From contig JBOFDR010000091.1 of assembly GCA_051647205.1 (NCBI GenBank), forward strand, positions 1 through 31,410: 31,410 bases of DNA. The letters are read 5' to 3'. The position numbers and the translations under genes are program-made. Positions within the stretch are counted from its first letter, which is position 1, and each line of letters opens with the position of its first letter. The DNA comes from Brevinema sp. (lineage in GTDB: Bacteria; Spirochaetota; Brevinematia; Brevinematales; Brevinemataceae). The notes under the pieces were generated by a model that saw only the letters and a program-made list of their open reading frames with translations, searched no databases and was not told where the DNA came from. Shown piece after piece: positions 16,587-25,684 of the stretch.

Positions 16587-18012
16587 ATTCTGAAATATTC
16601 ATATTTTGTGAAATAATAGGATCAACACCATAGGTATTACGATATAGTTGTTCAAAATTCTTAACTAATCCATCTCGGATAAGAATGATTTTGGTTTCTG
16701 AAATTGATGGTTGTTTGGAGTTTTCTTGACTATGATAATCTAAAAGATACTCGTGTAATGCTGAGGATTGTTCTTTCATATGTGTACAAATACGCTTTAT
16801 TTCTGATAGTGATTCGGCACTTTGATCTAATTGAGAAAAATCTAGTGTTGGAGTCGTATGACTAGGAGTTCCTATCGCTGTATTCTTAATATCAGGAAGT
16901 GTTTCCAGAATATTTTTAGCAACGGCATAGGATTTTCTGATTACGAGATCGGCATCTCTTAGTTCTTCAATAATAGCATGCCCAATATTAGAACTTTTCT
17001 CAGCAAAATTCTTCACACGATCGGAAACAGACATAAAGACTTTTCCAGAATCACCAGCTTTAGATGCTTCGATAGAGATATTAAGCGCTAAGATTCCTGC
17101 TTGAAAACCATTATCAGAGGATGATTTTGCAAGAGTGGAAGCTCGTTCTGCTCTTGTGAAAAGACGTGAGAGCATTTTTTGCATAGAAAGAATTTTTTCT
17201 TTTAATACTACTGAATCCTGATTATTTAGATGATCTAGTGATTGTTGATGATCGCTTATATTGATGCTTGTGGTTCCTGCTTTAGAAATATATTCGGAAA
17301 TACTTTTTTGAATAGGATCAATCTTTAGGGGTAGCTCGTTTGAATACTTTAATAAAGAATAAAGATGCTCTATGTTGAATTTGTGAGAAGTATTTTGTGT
17401 ATTAGCAGATTCCCAATCAATAGATTGCAATTCTTCCCAAATATTTTCAAGCACAACAGAATTTTTAGCAATGATTTTTTTAGATAGCAAAGATGCACCA
17501 TTTAATGTCATAAAAATACAAATAAAAATAAATCCCATATAAACAGGAAGTATTAATTTTATAAATAAATAAATAAAAGAAGTTTTTATGGTAGAGTTAA
17601 TTATTCTTTTTATGAGTTCGATCTGATCATAAAATTCTTGGAAAGCATTTCCTTTTTCTTCTAAGTTTTTACTGGATAGTGAGGAATAAAATTTTTCACT
17701 AATCTCCTGTAATAAATTTATTTCTGCTTCAGCATTAGGAAGGGTTTTTAAAAATTGTTTTTTATGAAGAATGTTCCATGAACTAAGACTTGTTTTAGAA
17801 CTATCAATATCGATATTATTATTTAATAACATTGATGCTTCACTGCTGATTTCAGTAAAATACAAGGCGTTTTTTTGTAACAAGGTATGTTCAGAGTTCT
17901 TAATAAAATAAAATAATGCACAAACAATAGTAAAAATAGATAATAAAATCCATACAGCGATTATTTTTTGTGAGTATTTAGTAACAGATGAATTTATGTT
18001 ATCATATGCCAT
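16585..18012 (-). CDS. Divergent methyl-accepting chemotaxis protein-like receptor
   Basis: SD ggagg precedes ATG 18012. Two TM segments flank a ~105-aa helical sensor region. Hairpin-tip-like FQAGILALNISIEASKAGDSGKVFMSVSDRVKNFAEKS. Confidence 0.85.
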   Translation of the reverse strand: MAYDNINSSVTKYSQKIIAVWILLSIFTIVCALFYFIKNSEHTLLQKNALYFTEISSEASMLLNNNIDIDSSKTSLSSWNILHKKQFLKTLPNAEAEINLLQEISEKFYSSLSSKNLEEKGNAFQEFYDQIELIKRIINSTIKTSFIYLFIKLILPVYMGFIFICIFMTLNGASLLSKKIIAKNSVVLENIWEELQSIDWESANTQNTSHKFNIEHLYSLLKYSNELPLKIDPIQKSISEYISKAGTTSINISDHQQSLDHLNNQDSVVLKEKILSMQKMLSRLFTRAERASTLAKSSSDNGFQAGILALNISIEASKAGDSGKVFMSVSDRVKNFAEKSSNIGHAIIEELRDADLVIRKSYAVAKNILETLPDIKNTAIGTPSHTTPTLDFSQLDQSAESLSEIKRICTHMKEQSSALHEYLLDYHSQENSKQPSISETKIILIRDGLVKNFEQLYRNTYGVDPIISQNMNISE

Positions 18013-18059
18013 CTTATCATCCTCCATCGAATAGAAAAATTATCGTAATCGTAAATAAG

Positions 18060-18087
18060 ATATCGGTATAAAGTATAAAATATTTAG
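18060..18087 (-). promoter_or_regulatory. Putative sigma28 promoter for the MCP-like gene
   Basis: Minus strand CTAAA (18087-18083), N15, ACCGATAT (18067-18060), 47 nt upstream of the ATG. Close to the SigD/FliA consensus (C)TAAA-N15/16-GCCGATAT. Confidence 0.7.
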
Positions 18088-18175
18088 TATATAAAAGTAA
18101 TTTATTGCTTGTATTCTATTATCTTGATGATATTTTGAATCCTTACTAATCAATCATGCTATGCTGTGTGTTGAA

Positions 18176-18204
18176 TTGACAAACTACTGTATATATAATA
18201 TACT
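18176..18204 (+). promoter_or_regulatory. Putative sigma70 promoter for the glycosyltransferase cassette
   Basis: TTGACA (18176-18181), N17, TATACT (18199-18204). Confidence 0.65.
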
Positions 18205-18246
18205 AGAAATAGTTAAAAAATTTATAACTATTTTTGGAAGGTATTT

Positions 18247-19269
18247 ATGTATTCTTCACCTTTGATTTCAATTATTATTCCTGTTTATAATACAGAATTT
18301 TATTTATCTAAATGCCTTGATAGTGCTGTTAATCAGACTTTTAAAGATATCGAGATTATTCTTGTTGATGATGGATCGCTAGGTAATTGTAAAGAAATCT
18401 GTGCTCAATATCCTTTGGTAAAATATATTTCCTATGGTGAAAATAGGGGGCTTTTTCGTGCACGAGAAGAAGGAGTTCGCTCAGCACAAGGGGAGTATAT
18501 TCTTCATTTAGATAGTGATGATTGGCTCCCTTTAGATGCGTGTGAGCACATTGCTACTCAAATACGAAAAACATCAGCAGATATCTTAATGCACGGATCA
18601 AAAAGATTTCTTCCTAAAAACATATTAAAAAGAGATGCCCTTTCTGCAAAACTACCCCTCCTAGATTATTTTACTAATGAAAAAAAGCATACACATATTT
18701 TTTTATGGCAATTAACTATTAAGAAAGAAATTCTTTTAAATGTCTATAATGATCTGAAACTCACAGAACATTTTATTCTTTCTGAAGATGTGTTGCATTT
18801 TTATTGTTGTTTATATTATGCTAAAACATGGGGTGTAGTTTCCGAGTATTGTTATTTTTACAATGAGAGTAGTATTAGTGCTACCCGAAAACAAATAACC
18901 ACGGAAATAGCTTTAAAAGACTTAAAATCGATGGAAATTCTTATACGAAAATTAAAAGAATTTCGAATTCTTAATGATCTTCCAGAAAATATTTTTACTT
19001 CGATAATTGAGCGTCAACTTCAAGATCGTCTAGGAGAATTTAAAGCATCTTATAAGAATCTTTACTGGAATCAATTGATTCCTAGATTGGGGGAATTATT
19101 TAGCTATGATCTACTAGCAGAGAATATATTTAATGTGTTGAAAACACCGTCAATGAAAATCCCTCAACGACAATTTAATTATAAATTAATCAAATTACAA
19201 CAAAAAATATTCCCAGATAATTCTTTGTTGTTTAATATCCTCCAATCTTTATGGTGGAAGATCAGATGA
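18247..19269 (+). CDS. Glycosyltransferase family 2
   Basis: ISIIIPVYNTEFYLSKCLDSAVNQT, VDDGS, GLFRAR, GEYILHLDSDD (DxD), SEDVL. Confidence 0.93.
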   Translation: MYSSPLISIIIPVYNTEFYLSKCLDSAVNQTFKDIEIILVDDGSLGNCKEICAQYPLVKYISYGENRGLFRAREEGVRSAQGEYILHLDSDDWLPLDACEHIATQIRKTSADILMHGSKRFLPKNILKRDALSAKLPLLDYFTNEKKHTHIFLWQLTIKKEILLNVYNDLKLTEHFILSEDVLHFYCCLYYAKTWGVVSEYCYFYNESSISATRKQITTEIALKDLKSMEILIRKLKEFRILNDLPENIFTSIIERQLQDRLGEFKASYKNLYWNQLIPRLGELFSYDLLAENIFNVLKTPSMKIPQRQFNYKLIKLQQKIFPDNSLLFNILQSLWWKIR

Positions 19270-20486
19270 GAGATATTAGACATTTTTTAAAAATCACTTT
19301 AGGTTTGTTTATAATTTCTGTTTTTTCTTTTTGTGTAGGAATTTTAATAGGATTGCATCGTAAAAACGATATTTTCATTATTTGTGATCGATGGAATGAT
19401 GCCTCTGATAATGGCTTTGCTCTTTTTAAATATCTTCGTGAGACCTACCCTAATAAACCAATTTATTATATTTTTGATACTTCTCAAAAGAATTATCATT
19501 ATGAAAAAATCAAAGATTTGGGTAATATCCTTTCTTATCGCTCTTTAAAGATGTTTGTATATTTATATTTCGCAAGATATATTGCTTCTTCGCATACTCA
19601 TATTATGTGGCTCTGCAAAGATTTTCTTGGAACAAAAATTTGGCAACAAAAAATAAGCTGTTTTTTACAACATGGTGTTATTATTAATAAATTAGGAGAA
19701 TATTTTGATCATATTAATCAATTTGATATAATTGTCACAGGATCTGCTTTAGAACATACTTTTTTAGAAGAAGAAACTAAAAACTTATCGATTAAACCAA
19801 TTTATACAGGACTCGCTCGCTGGGATCGATTTGATAAAAAAAATAATACTGATCGTATGATTTTGGTTATGCCTACATGGAGAAAACCTTATTATGAAGC
19901 CGAAGAAAATAAAAATAAATCTGTTCCAGAACTTCTATCTCAATTAAAAAATACAGATTATTTTCTAAAATGGCAGGCTTTTCTTAATTCAACAAAATTA
20001 CATGAATTGTTACAATATTCTAAAGTTTCACTTTCTTTTTATGGGCATCCTAATCTTTATAATTTTTTTAATACCCCTGTGTTTTCATCGAACTATTCTT
20101 TGATTTCAATTGCTAATCCTAGGAAAGATGATCTACAGCAATTCATCGAAAAATCATCATTATTAGTAACTGATTTCTCAAGTATTTTCTTTGAGTTTGC
20201 TTATCTTAAAAGACCCATGATTTATTTTCAATTTGATGAAGCAGAATTTAGAGCAAACCACTATCAAGAAGGTTATTTTAGTTATAAAAGAGATGGTTTT
20301 GGACCTATATTTGATGAGATAGATGATGTTATTGATAAACTAGAGTACTATATTAATAATAATTTTCAAATGGAACTGGAATATCTTCAAAAAACAGAAG
20401 ATCATTTTGTATTATACGACGATCAAAATTCAAAACGTAATTATGAGGCTATAATAAATTTTTCAAAAGAGGTAGCAGATGGATAA
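19266..20486 (+). CDS. CDP-glycerol/ribitol:polyol-phosphate phosphotransferase family (TagF/TarF-like)
   Basis: ASDNGFALFKYL, FLQHGV, YTGLARWD, ILVMPTWRK, GHP, LLVTDFSSIFFEFAYLKRPMIYFQFD, RDGFGP. Start ATG overlaps the previous stop (ATGA). N-terminal hydrophobic helix. Confidence 0.9.
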   Translation: MRDIRHFLKITLGLFIISVFSFCVGILIGLHRKNDIFIICDRWNDASDNGFALFKYLRETYPNKPIYYIFDTSQKNYHYEKIKDLGNILSYRSLKMFVYLYFARYIASSHTHIMWLCKDFLGTKIWQQKISCFLQHGVIINKLGEYFDHINQFDIIVTGSALEHTFLEEETKNLSIKPIYTGLARWDRFDKKNNTDRMILVMPTWRKPYYEAEENKNKSVPELLSQLKNTDYFLKWQAFLNSTKLHELLQYSKVSLSFYGHPNLYNFFNTPVFSSNYSLISIANPRKDDLQQFIEKSSLLVTDFSSIFFEFAYLKRPMIYFQFDEAEFRANHYQEGYFSYKRDGFGPIFDEIDDVIDKLEYYINNNFQMELEYLQKTEDHFVLYDDQNSKRNYEAIINFSKEVADG

Positions 20487-21549
20487 TCCTAAAGTTTCGG
20501 TGATTATTCCTGTATATAATGTTGAATACTATCTTAGAGAATGTCTTGATAGTGTAATGAATCAGACCCTAAAAAATATTGAAATTATTATCGTAAATGA
20601 TTGTTCTCCAGATAATAGTGAAGCGATTATTTTGGAATACCAAAAAAAAGATTCTCGGATTATTTATATCAAACATGAAATTAACAAACGCCAAGGTGGT
20701 GCTCGTAATACTGGTCTTCGTATAGCTAAAGGTGAGTGGATTTATTTTATGGATAGTGATGATTATATTAACTTAAATCTTCTAGAAAAAATTATTAATA
20801 AATGTGAATCAATAGGTGCTAACTACGGTGTTTTTGGACGTCAAGATTTTGGCACATTTTTAGGTGAGAAAGCATCCATAGAATTTATTCCATCAAAAAA
20901 AATTGATGGTCAGATTCTAAATCAAGATACAATGTATGATGTATGGATAACGATCTGCACAAGAATTTTTAAACGCTCTGATCTTATAAAAAACAATCTT
21001 TTCTTTTTAGAGAATTTTTTTATGGAAGATCTTGTATTTGCGTACCAATATGCAGTGACTGTAGGGCCTAAAATAGCTAGCCTTCAAGAAAAAGCATATC
21101 ATTATCGTCGTCATGATATGTCTACAATGGGACAAATAAATAAAAATATAGTTTATCTACCATTAGCTTTTAAAATAATTGTTGAATTTTTAAAAAAATT
21201 CCAAAAATGGGAACAATATAAAGATGTTTTTTTGAGAGATGTTCCTAATCACATGTTTTCATATTTTATATATCTTGATCCAAATTTTTTAGGCGAATAT
21301 ATGAAGAATTTTATTGATTTTTGTAAAGTAGTAGATCCTTCTCCCAAAGATATAGAACAGTTCCCAGTCCTTTGTTTTGCTCATATTGAATCGATGTTAT
21401 TAGACCAGCAAAAAGTGTTACTTATGTATTTTATTCGTAATTGGGAATGTATTAATGATAAATGGTATCGTTTTGGACAAGCCTCTTGTATTGAAAAAAT
21501 TAAGATGTTTCTCAAGTTTATAATGAGAAAAATATTGAAGACATCATAA
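20479..21549 (+). CDS. Glycosyltransferase family 2
   Basis: KVSVIIPVYNVEYYLRECLDSVMNQT, VNDCSPD, GGARNTGL, GEWIYFMDSDD, MEDLVF, YHYRRH. 8-nt overlap with the upstream gene. Confidence 0.93.
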   Translation: MDNPKVSVIIPVYNVEYYLRECLDSVMNQTLKNIEIIIVNDCSPDNSEAIILEYQKKDSRIIYIKHEINKRQGGARNTGLRIAKGEWIYFMDSDDYINLNLLEKIINKCESIGANYGVFGRQDFGTFLGEKASIEFIPSKKIDGQILNQDTMYDVWITICTRIFKRSDLIKNNLFFLENFFMEDLVFAYQYAVTVGPKIASLQEKAYHYRRHDMSTMGQINKNIVYLPLAFKIIVEFLKKFQKWEQYKDVFLRDVPNHMFSYFIYLDPNFLGEYMKNFIDFCKVVDPSPKDIEQFPVLCFAHIESMLLDQQKVLLMYFIRNWECINDKWYRFGQASCIEKIKMFLKFIMRKILKTS

Positions 21550-21563
21550 AATATTTCTTTAAA

Positions 21564-21596
21564 AAATAAAAACCCTGTTTAACAGGGTTTTTATTT
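21564..21596. terminator. Bidirectional intrinsic terminator
   Basis: Inverted repeat aaataaaaaccctgtt-t-aacagggtttttattt between convergent operons. Confidence 0.85.
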
Positions 21597-21619
21597 GGAT
21601 TTTTGTATAACAAAAATAT

Positions 21620-22339
21620 TTAAAATTGAGCTAGTGTTTCTAATGCTAGTAGAATTGATTTTTCTTCACCTTTTATTGCTAATTGTTCAGACTCACTAAA
21701 ATTTAAAATAGCATCTTTTGTATCTTGTTGATATTTGACGACATTATTTAAAACAGCTGTTGCTTTTATGCCTCTTAAACGAGCTAGTGTCAGTAGAGCA
21801 GCTGTTTCCATATCTGCTGCTAAAATCCCTTTTTTCTGCCAAAAAGCACAAATCTCTTCTTCTTGATCTGTGTAAAAAGAATCATGACTACGAATAATTC
21901 CAGAATGATATGAAATATTTTGCTTGTTGGCTATAGTAAGCATTTGATAAGTCAATTCAATAGAGCTTATTGCAGGGTAGGATGTTTCTATATAGGCTGT
22001 TGAGCCTCCATCATGTCTTACAGCTCCCTCCACTAAAATAAGATCTCCAATGAGAATATTTTCTTGATAGGCCCCAGCTGAACCTACCCTTATCAAACGC
22101 TTTGCTCCACATAGAACTAATTCTTCTATGCAAATTAAAGTTGAAGGCGCTCCTATTCCTGTAGAAATTACGGTAATAGGAGCGTTTTTATAATAGCCAC
22201 TAATAGAGGTAAACTCTCTGTTATAAGCTATCTCCTGAGAGTCATTAAGGTGTACTCTGACATGATTTACACGCGCAGGATCACCTACTAAAATTACTGA
22301 CTCGCTGACAGTTTCACAATGAATATGAGCTTGTTTCAT
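21620..22339 (-). CDS. Nucleoside phosphorylase, NP-I family (Udp-like, altered base pocket)
   Basis: VILVGDPARV, NREF, STGIGAPS, IEEL, IRVGSAGA, RHDGGS, HDSFY, DMETAAL. Real start is probably ATG 22339, 2 nt after the pnuC stop. Confidence 0.9.
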   Translation of the reverse strand: MKQAHIHCETVSESVILVGDPARVNHVRVHLNDSQEIAYNREFTSISGYYKNAPITVISTGIGAPSTLICIEELVLCGAKRLIRVGSAGAYQENILIGDLILVEGAVRHDGGSTAYIETSYPAISSIELTYQMLTIANKQNISYHSGIIRSHDSFYTDQEEEICAFWQKKGILAADMETAALLTLARLRGIKATAVLNNVVKYQQDTKDAILNFSESEQLAIKGEEKSILLALETLAQF

Positions 22340-22341
22340 TT

Positions 22342-23049
22342 TTAAATCACCATTCTTTTTTTCCAAAGAATATATCCATATATTGCGTTGATGAGATAAG
22401 CTAACCAAACCATTGCGAGTGTATAAGATCCAATAGAGATATAGAGAGGAATACCGATAAGATTTACCAAAATCCACATATGCCAGTTTTCAAGGACTTT
22501 TAGAGACATAAACCATTGCCCTAAAATAGCAAAAATTGTTGATGCAGCGTCTGTTATTCCCTGAGAAATATGATTATAACGACCGACTTGCATTCCGATT
22601 ATTGTGAGTGCGAAGATACTTATTGTTGCTACAAGGCTATAAATAATTTTTTCTTTTTTAGAAAGTGATCGTGTTAAAGCAACAGAGCCTTCTTGTTTTT
22701 GTTTTTCTTGAGGGTGTAGCCAATAATAAAGTCCGTAAAAATTTAATATCAAGTAGACAATATTAATGAGACCATCCCATATTAATGGAGACCAAAAAAT
22801 CACGTAAGCAAGCCAAAAACTTACGGAGATAATACCAAAAGCATAGTTCCAAATATTTTCTTTTGCTACAAGAAATACACACAAAACTCCTGTTATGCCT
22901 GCTACATATGAGAGAATAAGACTCATAATATTAGATGTAGATAAAATACCTTCGAAACTAAGAAAATCTGTATAGGATCCATAGCTAATAATACAAAAAC
23001 TAAAAATCCCAAAAAATATTAGATAAATAATTTCCCATTTTTTAGACAT
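22342..23049 (-). CDS. pnuC: PnuC-family transporter
   Basis: Polytopic membrane protein with CVFLVAKENIWNYAFG, YGLYYW, TRSLS, DAASTIFAILGQWFMSLKVLENWHMWILVN, YLINAIYGYILW. SD aggag. The symbol denotes the family, not proven substrate. Confidence 0.9.
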   Translation of the reverse strand: MSKKWEIIYLIFFGIFSFCIISYGSYTDFLSFEGILSTSNIMSLILSYVAGITGVLCVFLVAKENIWNYAFGIISVSFWLAYVIFWSPLIWDGLINIVYLILNFYGLYYWLHPQEKQKQEGSVALTRSLSKKEKIIYSLVATISIFALTIIGMQVGRYNHISQGITDAASTIFAILGQWFMSLKVLENWHMWILVNLIGIPLYISIGSYTLAMVWLAYLINAIYGYILWKKRMVI

Positions 23050-23099
23050 AGGAGATCTCCTTAGTAATTATTTAATTCTTTATACAAAAATATACAAAT

Positions 23100-24050
23100 T
23101 TATTCTTTGAATGATTTTATAGTCTTAGCCAGCTGTTCCCCTGTCCAGCCATAAAGAGAAAGAAGTTCTTCATAAGTACCTACTTGTCCAAAAGTACTTG
23201 CTCCAATACGATGTAGTTTTTTAGGATAATGTGTTGTAAGTACTTCTGAAATTGCAGAACCCAGTCCTCCACGTATATTGTGATTATCTAACGAAACAAG
23301 AATCTGACATTCTTTTGCAGCTTTGATAATTATTTCTTCATCTATTGGAAGTATCGTAAAAAGATCAATGATACGAACACTTTTTCCTTCTTTTATAAGA
23401 ATGTCTGCGGCATCTATAGCTTGAGATAACATTGCTCCGGAGGCAAAAATACAAATATCTTCCCCATCATGTATTTGTACGCCTTTTCCTATAGTAAATT
23501 CCATTGAATCACTATAAATTTTATAAGAAGAACGACGTGCAAAGCGAATATAATTAAGTCCTTTGAAATTATTTAAAATTAATGAAAGTATTTTTGGCAT
23601 TTGTGCAGAGTCACAAATATCAAAAATCCTTGTATTTGATAATGCTCTAAACATAGAAATATCTTCAAATGTCGTATGAGTACCGCCATTATATGCTGTT
23701 GTAATACCAGGATCTGTGCCTAGTATCACAATAGGTAGATCAGCATAAGCAGAAGATACAGTCGCTTGATCAAAGCAACGTCGTGCAGCAAATGGAGCAA
23801 AACTATGAACAAATGGTTTGAAACCTGTAACAGCTAAGCCAGCTGCAAGAGATATTGCTTCTGCTTCCATAATTCCAATATTGAAAAATCTATCAGGGTG
23901 TTGTTTAGCAAAAACATTTGAGCCACTAGATGAAGCTAAGTCTGTTTCTACAAAGCATATAGAAGAATCATTTTGAGCAATTTCTGTAATTTTATCAATA
24001 CAAGATTTACGAATTTCCACACTATCTTTAATTTTATCTTTAATGATCAT
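23100..24050 (-). CDS. Transketolase, C-terminal subunit (split type)
   Basis: HPDRFFNIGIMEA, GFKPF, FAARRCFDQ, NGGTH, YIRFAR, DLFTILPID, NHNIRGGLGSAISEVL. Confidence 0.93.
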   Translation of the reverse strand: MIIKDKIKDSVEIRKSCIDKITEIAQNDSSICFVETDLASSSGSNVFAKQHPDRFFNIGIMEAEAISLAAGLAVTGFKPFVHSFAPFAARRCFDQATVSSAYADLPIVILGTDPGITTAYNGGTHTTFEDISMFRALSNTRIFDICDSAQMPKILSLILNNFKGLNYIRFARRSSYKIYSDSMEFTIGKGVQIHDGEDICIFASGAMLSQAIDAADILIKEGKSVRIIDLFTILPIDEEIIIKAAKECQILVSLDNHNIRGGLGSAISEVLTTHYPKKLHRIGASTFGQVGTYEELLSLYGWTGEQLAKTIKSFKE

Positions 24051-24061
24051 AATATGTTCCT

Positions 24062-24895
24062 TTATATATTTGCTTTTTCTTTGAACAATTTAAGCGCTTC
24101 TTGAAGGCTCTTTTTTTTCTCATCACTATCAATACGTAAGTGATGATCGTCAATTTGCTCTAAAAAGGAAATCCCTTTTCCCTTGACTGTATCCATAATA
24201 ATAGCTAACGGAGCATTGGATGATTTGGATTGAGCAATAGCTGTATGGAGCTCAGTATAATCATGACCATTGACTCTTACAGCATTCCATCCAAAAGCGT
24301 CAAATTTTTTCACAAAATCAAAAGATTTATTAATATGATTACAAAGACCATCTAACTGTTTTTTATTATCATCTACAAAAACAATTAAATTATTTAATTT
24401 TTGATGAGCAGCTACTTGAATTGCTTCCCAGCATTGACCTTCATTAAGTTCTCCATCTCCGACGATGCAAAAAACTTTTTGTCCTTTTTTGAGCTGGCGT
24501 GCTCCTAAAGCAATACCAACAGCTGCACCCAATCCTTGTCCTAAACTTCCTGCAGTCATATCTACGCCTAATGTTTTTAAGCGATCTACATGAGACGGTA
24601 ATGTTGTATGAATTTGATTTAATGAGTGTAGTTCTTTTAAATCAAAATAACCACGAATAGCAAGAGTTGCATAAAGTGCAGGGCCTGCATGTCCTTTACT
24701 AAGTACAAAATAATCACGATCTTCTTTTTTAGGATTTTTAGGATCGATCTTCATGATTCCTTCTTCAGGAGCATAAAGTACAGAAAGCACGTCTACTACC
24801 GATAGCGATCCCCCAATATGCCCAAATCCCAAATGTGAAATCATATCTGTTAAGTAATATCTTACTTTGTAAGCAAATAATTCTGTTTGGGTCAT
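24062..24895 (-). CDS. Transketolase, N-terminal ThDP-binding subunit (split type)
   Basis: GHIGGSLS, RDYFVLSKGHAGPALY, GSLGQG, ThDP motif GDGELNEGQCWEA, TVKGKG. Start at ATG 24895 is supported by SD aagga. Confidence 0.95.
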   Translation of the reverse strand: MTQTELFAYKVRYYLTDMISHLGFGHIGGSLSVVDVLSVLYAPEEGIMKIDPKNPKKEDRDYFVLSKGHAGPALYATLAIRGYFDLKELHSLNQIHTTLPSHVDRLKTLGVDMTAGSLGQGLGAAVGIALGARQLKKGQKVFCIVGDGELNEGQCWEAIQVAAHQKLNNLIVFVDDNKKQLDGLCNHINKSFDFVKKFDAFGWNAVRVNGHDYTELHTAIAQSKSSNAPLAIIMDTVKGKGISFLEQIDDHHLRIDSDEKKKSLQEALKLFKEKANI

Positions 24896-25479
24896 AAGTT
24901 CCATCCTTAAATAGCACAATATCTGCTATTCTTATTTAAATTATATATGTTATTATTGAAGTGAATTAATCACAAAGCGGGCTAAAATATTTAAAAAAAC
25001 TTCAGTAATTTATTCAAGATATAATATTATAATATATTTATTTCAAATAACAAAGTGATTTTTGTTATTTGAAAATTATTTCTGTTTTATGGATCTATGT
25101 TCAGATTTTTAATAGGTATAAATATATGATTTTCTATTTTCCTTATTTTATTATTAGAAGGATGAAATGTCGACATCATTTATATATTTCTCCCGAAAAA
25201 AATAACTCATACTATTGTAGCATGAGTTATAAAAAATATTTTAGTTTTTAGATCAAAAAGATTTTCTTTTAATTAAATTTTTATAGATATATTTTTTCTT
25301 TATATAAGAATCTTTATATGATATTGTAATAGAATAAAATATTATATAATTATGTCAATACTTTTTTAACAATTTATTCATCTTTTGCTATACATCAATC
25401 AGTTATACCATTTAAAGCTTCTATTACTTTTTTAGAAAATATTTTTATTAAATTAAGATCTTTATCCTTTATTTCTTAA

Positions 25480-25517
25480 AATAAAAAAGCACCATTGGGA
25501 AATGGTGCTTTTTTATT
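25480..25517 (-). terminator. Intrinsic terminator downstream of tRNA-Val
   Basis: Perfect inverted repeat aataaaaaagcaccatt-ggga-aatggtgcttttttatt with a T run on the minus strand, 20 nt after the tRNA. Confidence 0.88.
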
Positions 25518-25536
25518 AGGTTGTCCATATGGACTT

Positions 25537-25611
25537 TGGGCGTTGTAGGAATCGAACCTACGACCCTCTGCTTGTAAGGCAGATGCTCTAGACCAACTGA
25601 GCTAAACGCCC
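25537..25611 (-). tRNA. tRNA-Val (TAC); CCA not encoded
   Basis: Minus strand GGGCGTTTAGCTCAGTTGGTCTAGAGCATCTGCCTTACAAGCAGAGGGTCGTAGGTTCGATTCCTACAACGCCCA. Cloverleaf with anticodon loop TTACAA and T-loop TTCGA. Confidence 0.97.
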
Positions 25612-25632
25612 TCAATAAGAATTAAGTATAAT

Positions 25633-25661
25633 ATTATAAATGATTTGCATATTATTGTCAA
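25633..25661 (-). promoter_or_regulatory. Consensus sigma70 promoter for tRNA-Val
   Basis: Perfect TTGACA (25661-25656), N17, TATAAT (25638-25633). Confidence 0.88.
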
Positions 25662-25684
25662 GGGTTTTCAGTGATTTATCATTA

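Noticed and set aside
24958-24976. TGTGA-N5-TCAC dyad as a CRP or Rex site
   Set aside because: CRP and Rex need a 6-nt spacer and this has 5. Kept only as an unassigned dyad.
24920-25479. Replication origin or CRISPR array in the AT-rich gap
   Set aside because: No TTATCCACA-type boxes and no regularly spaced direct repeats seen.
25520-25611. tRNA-Val as an integration site for an island
   Set aside because: No duplicated tRNA 3' end and no integrase seen in the window.
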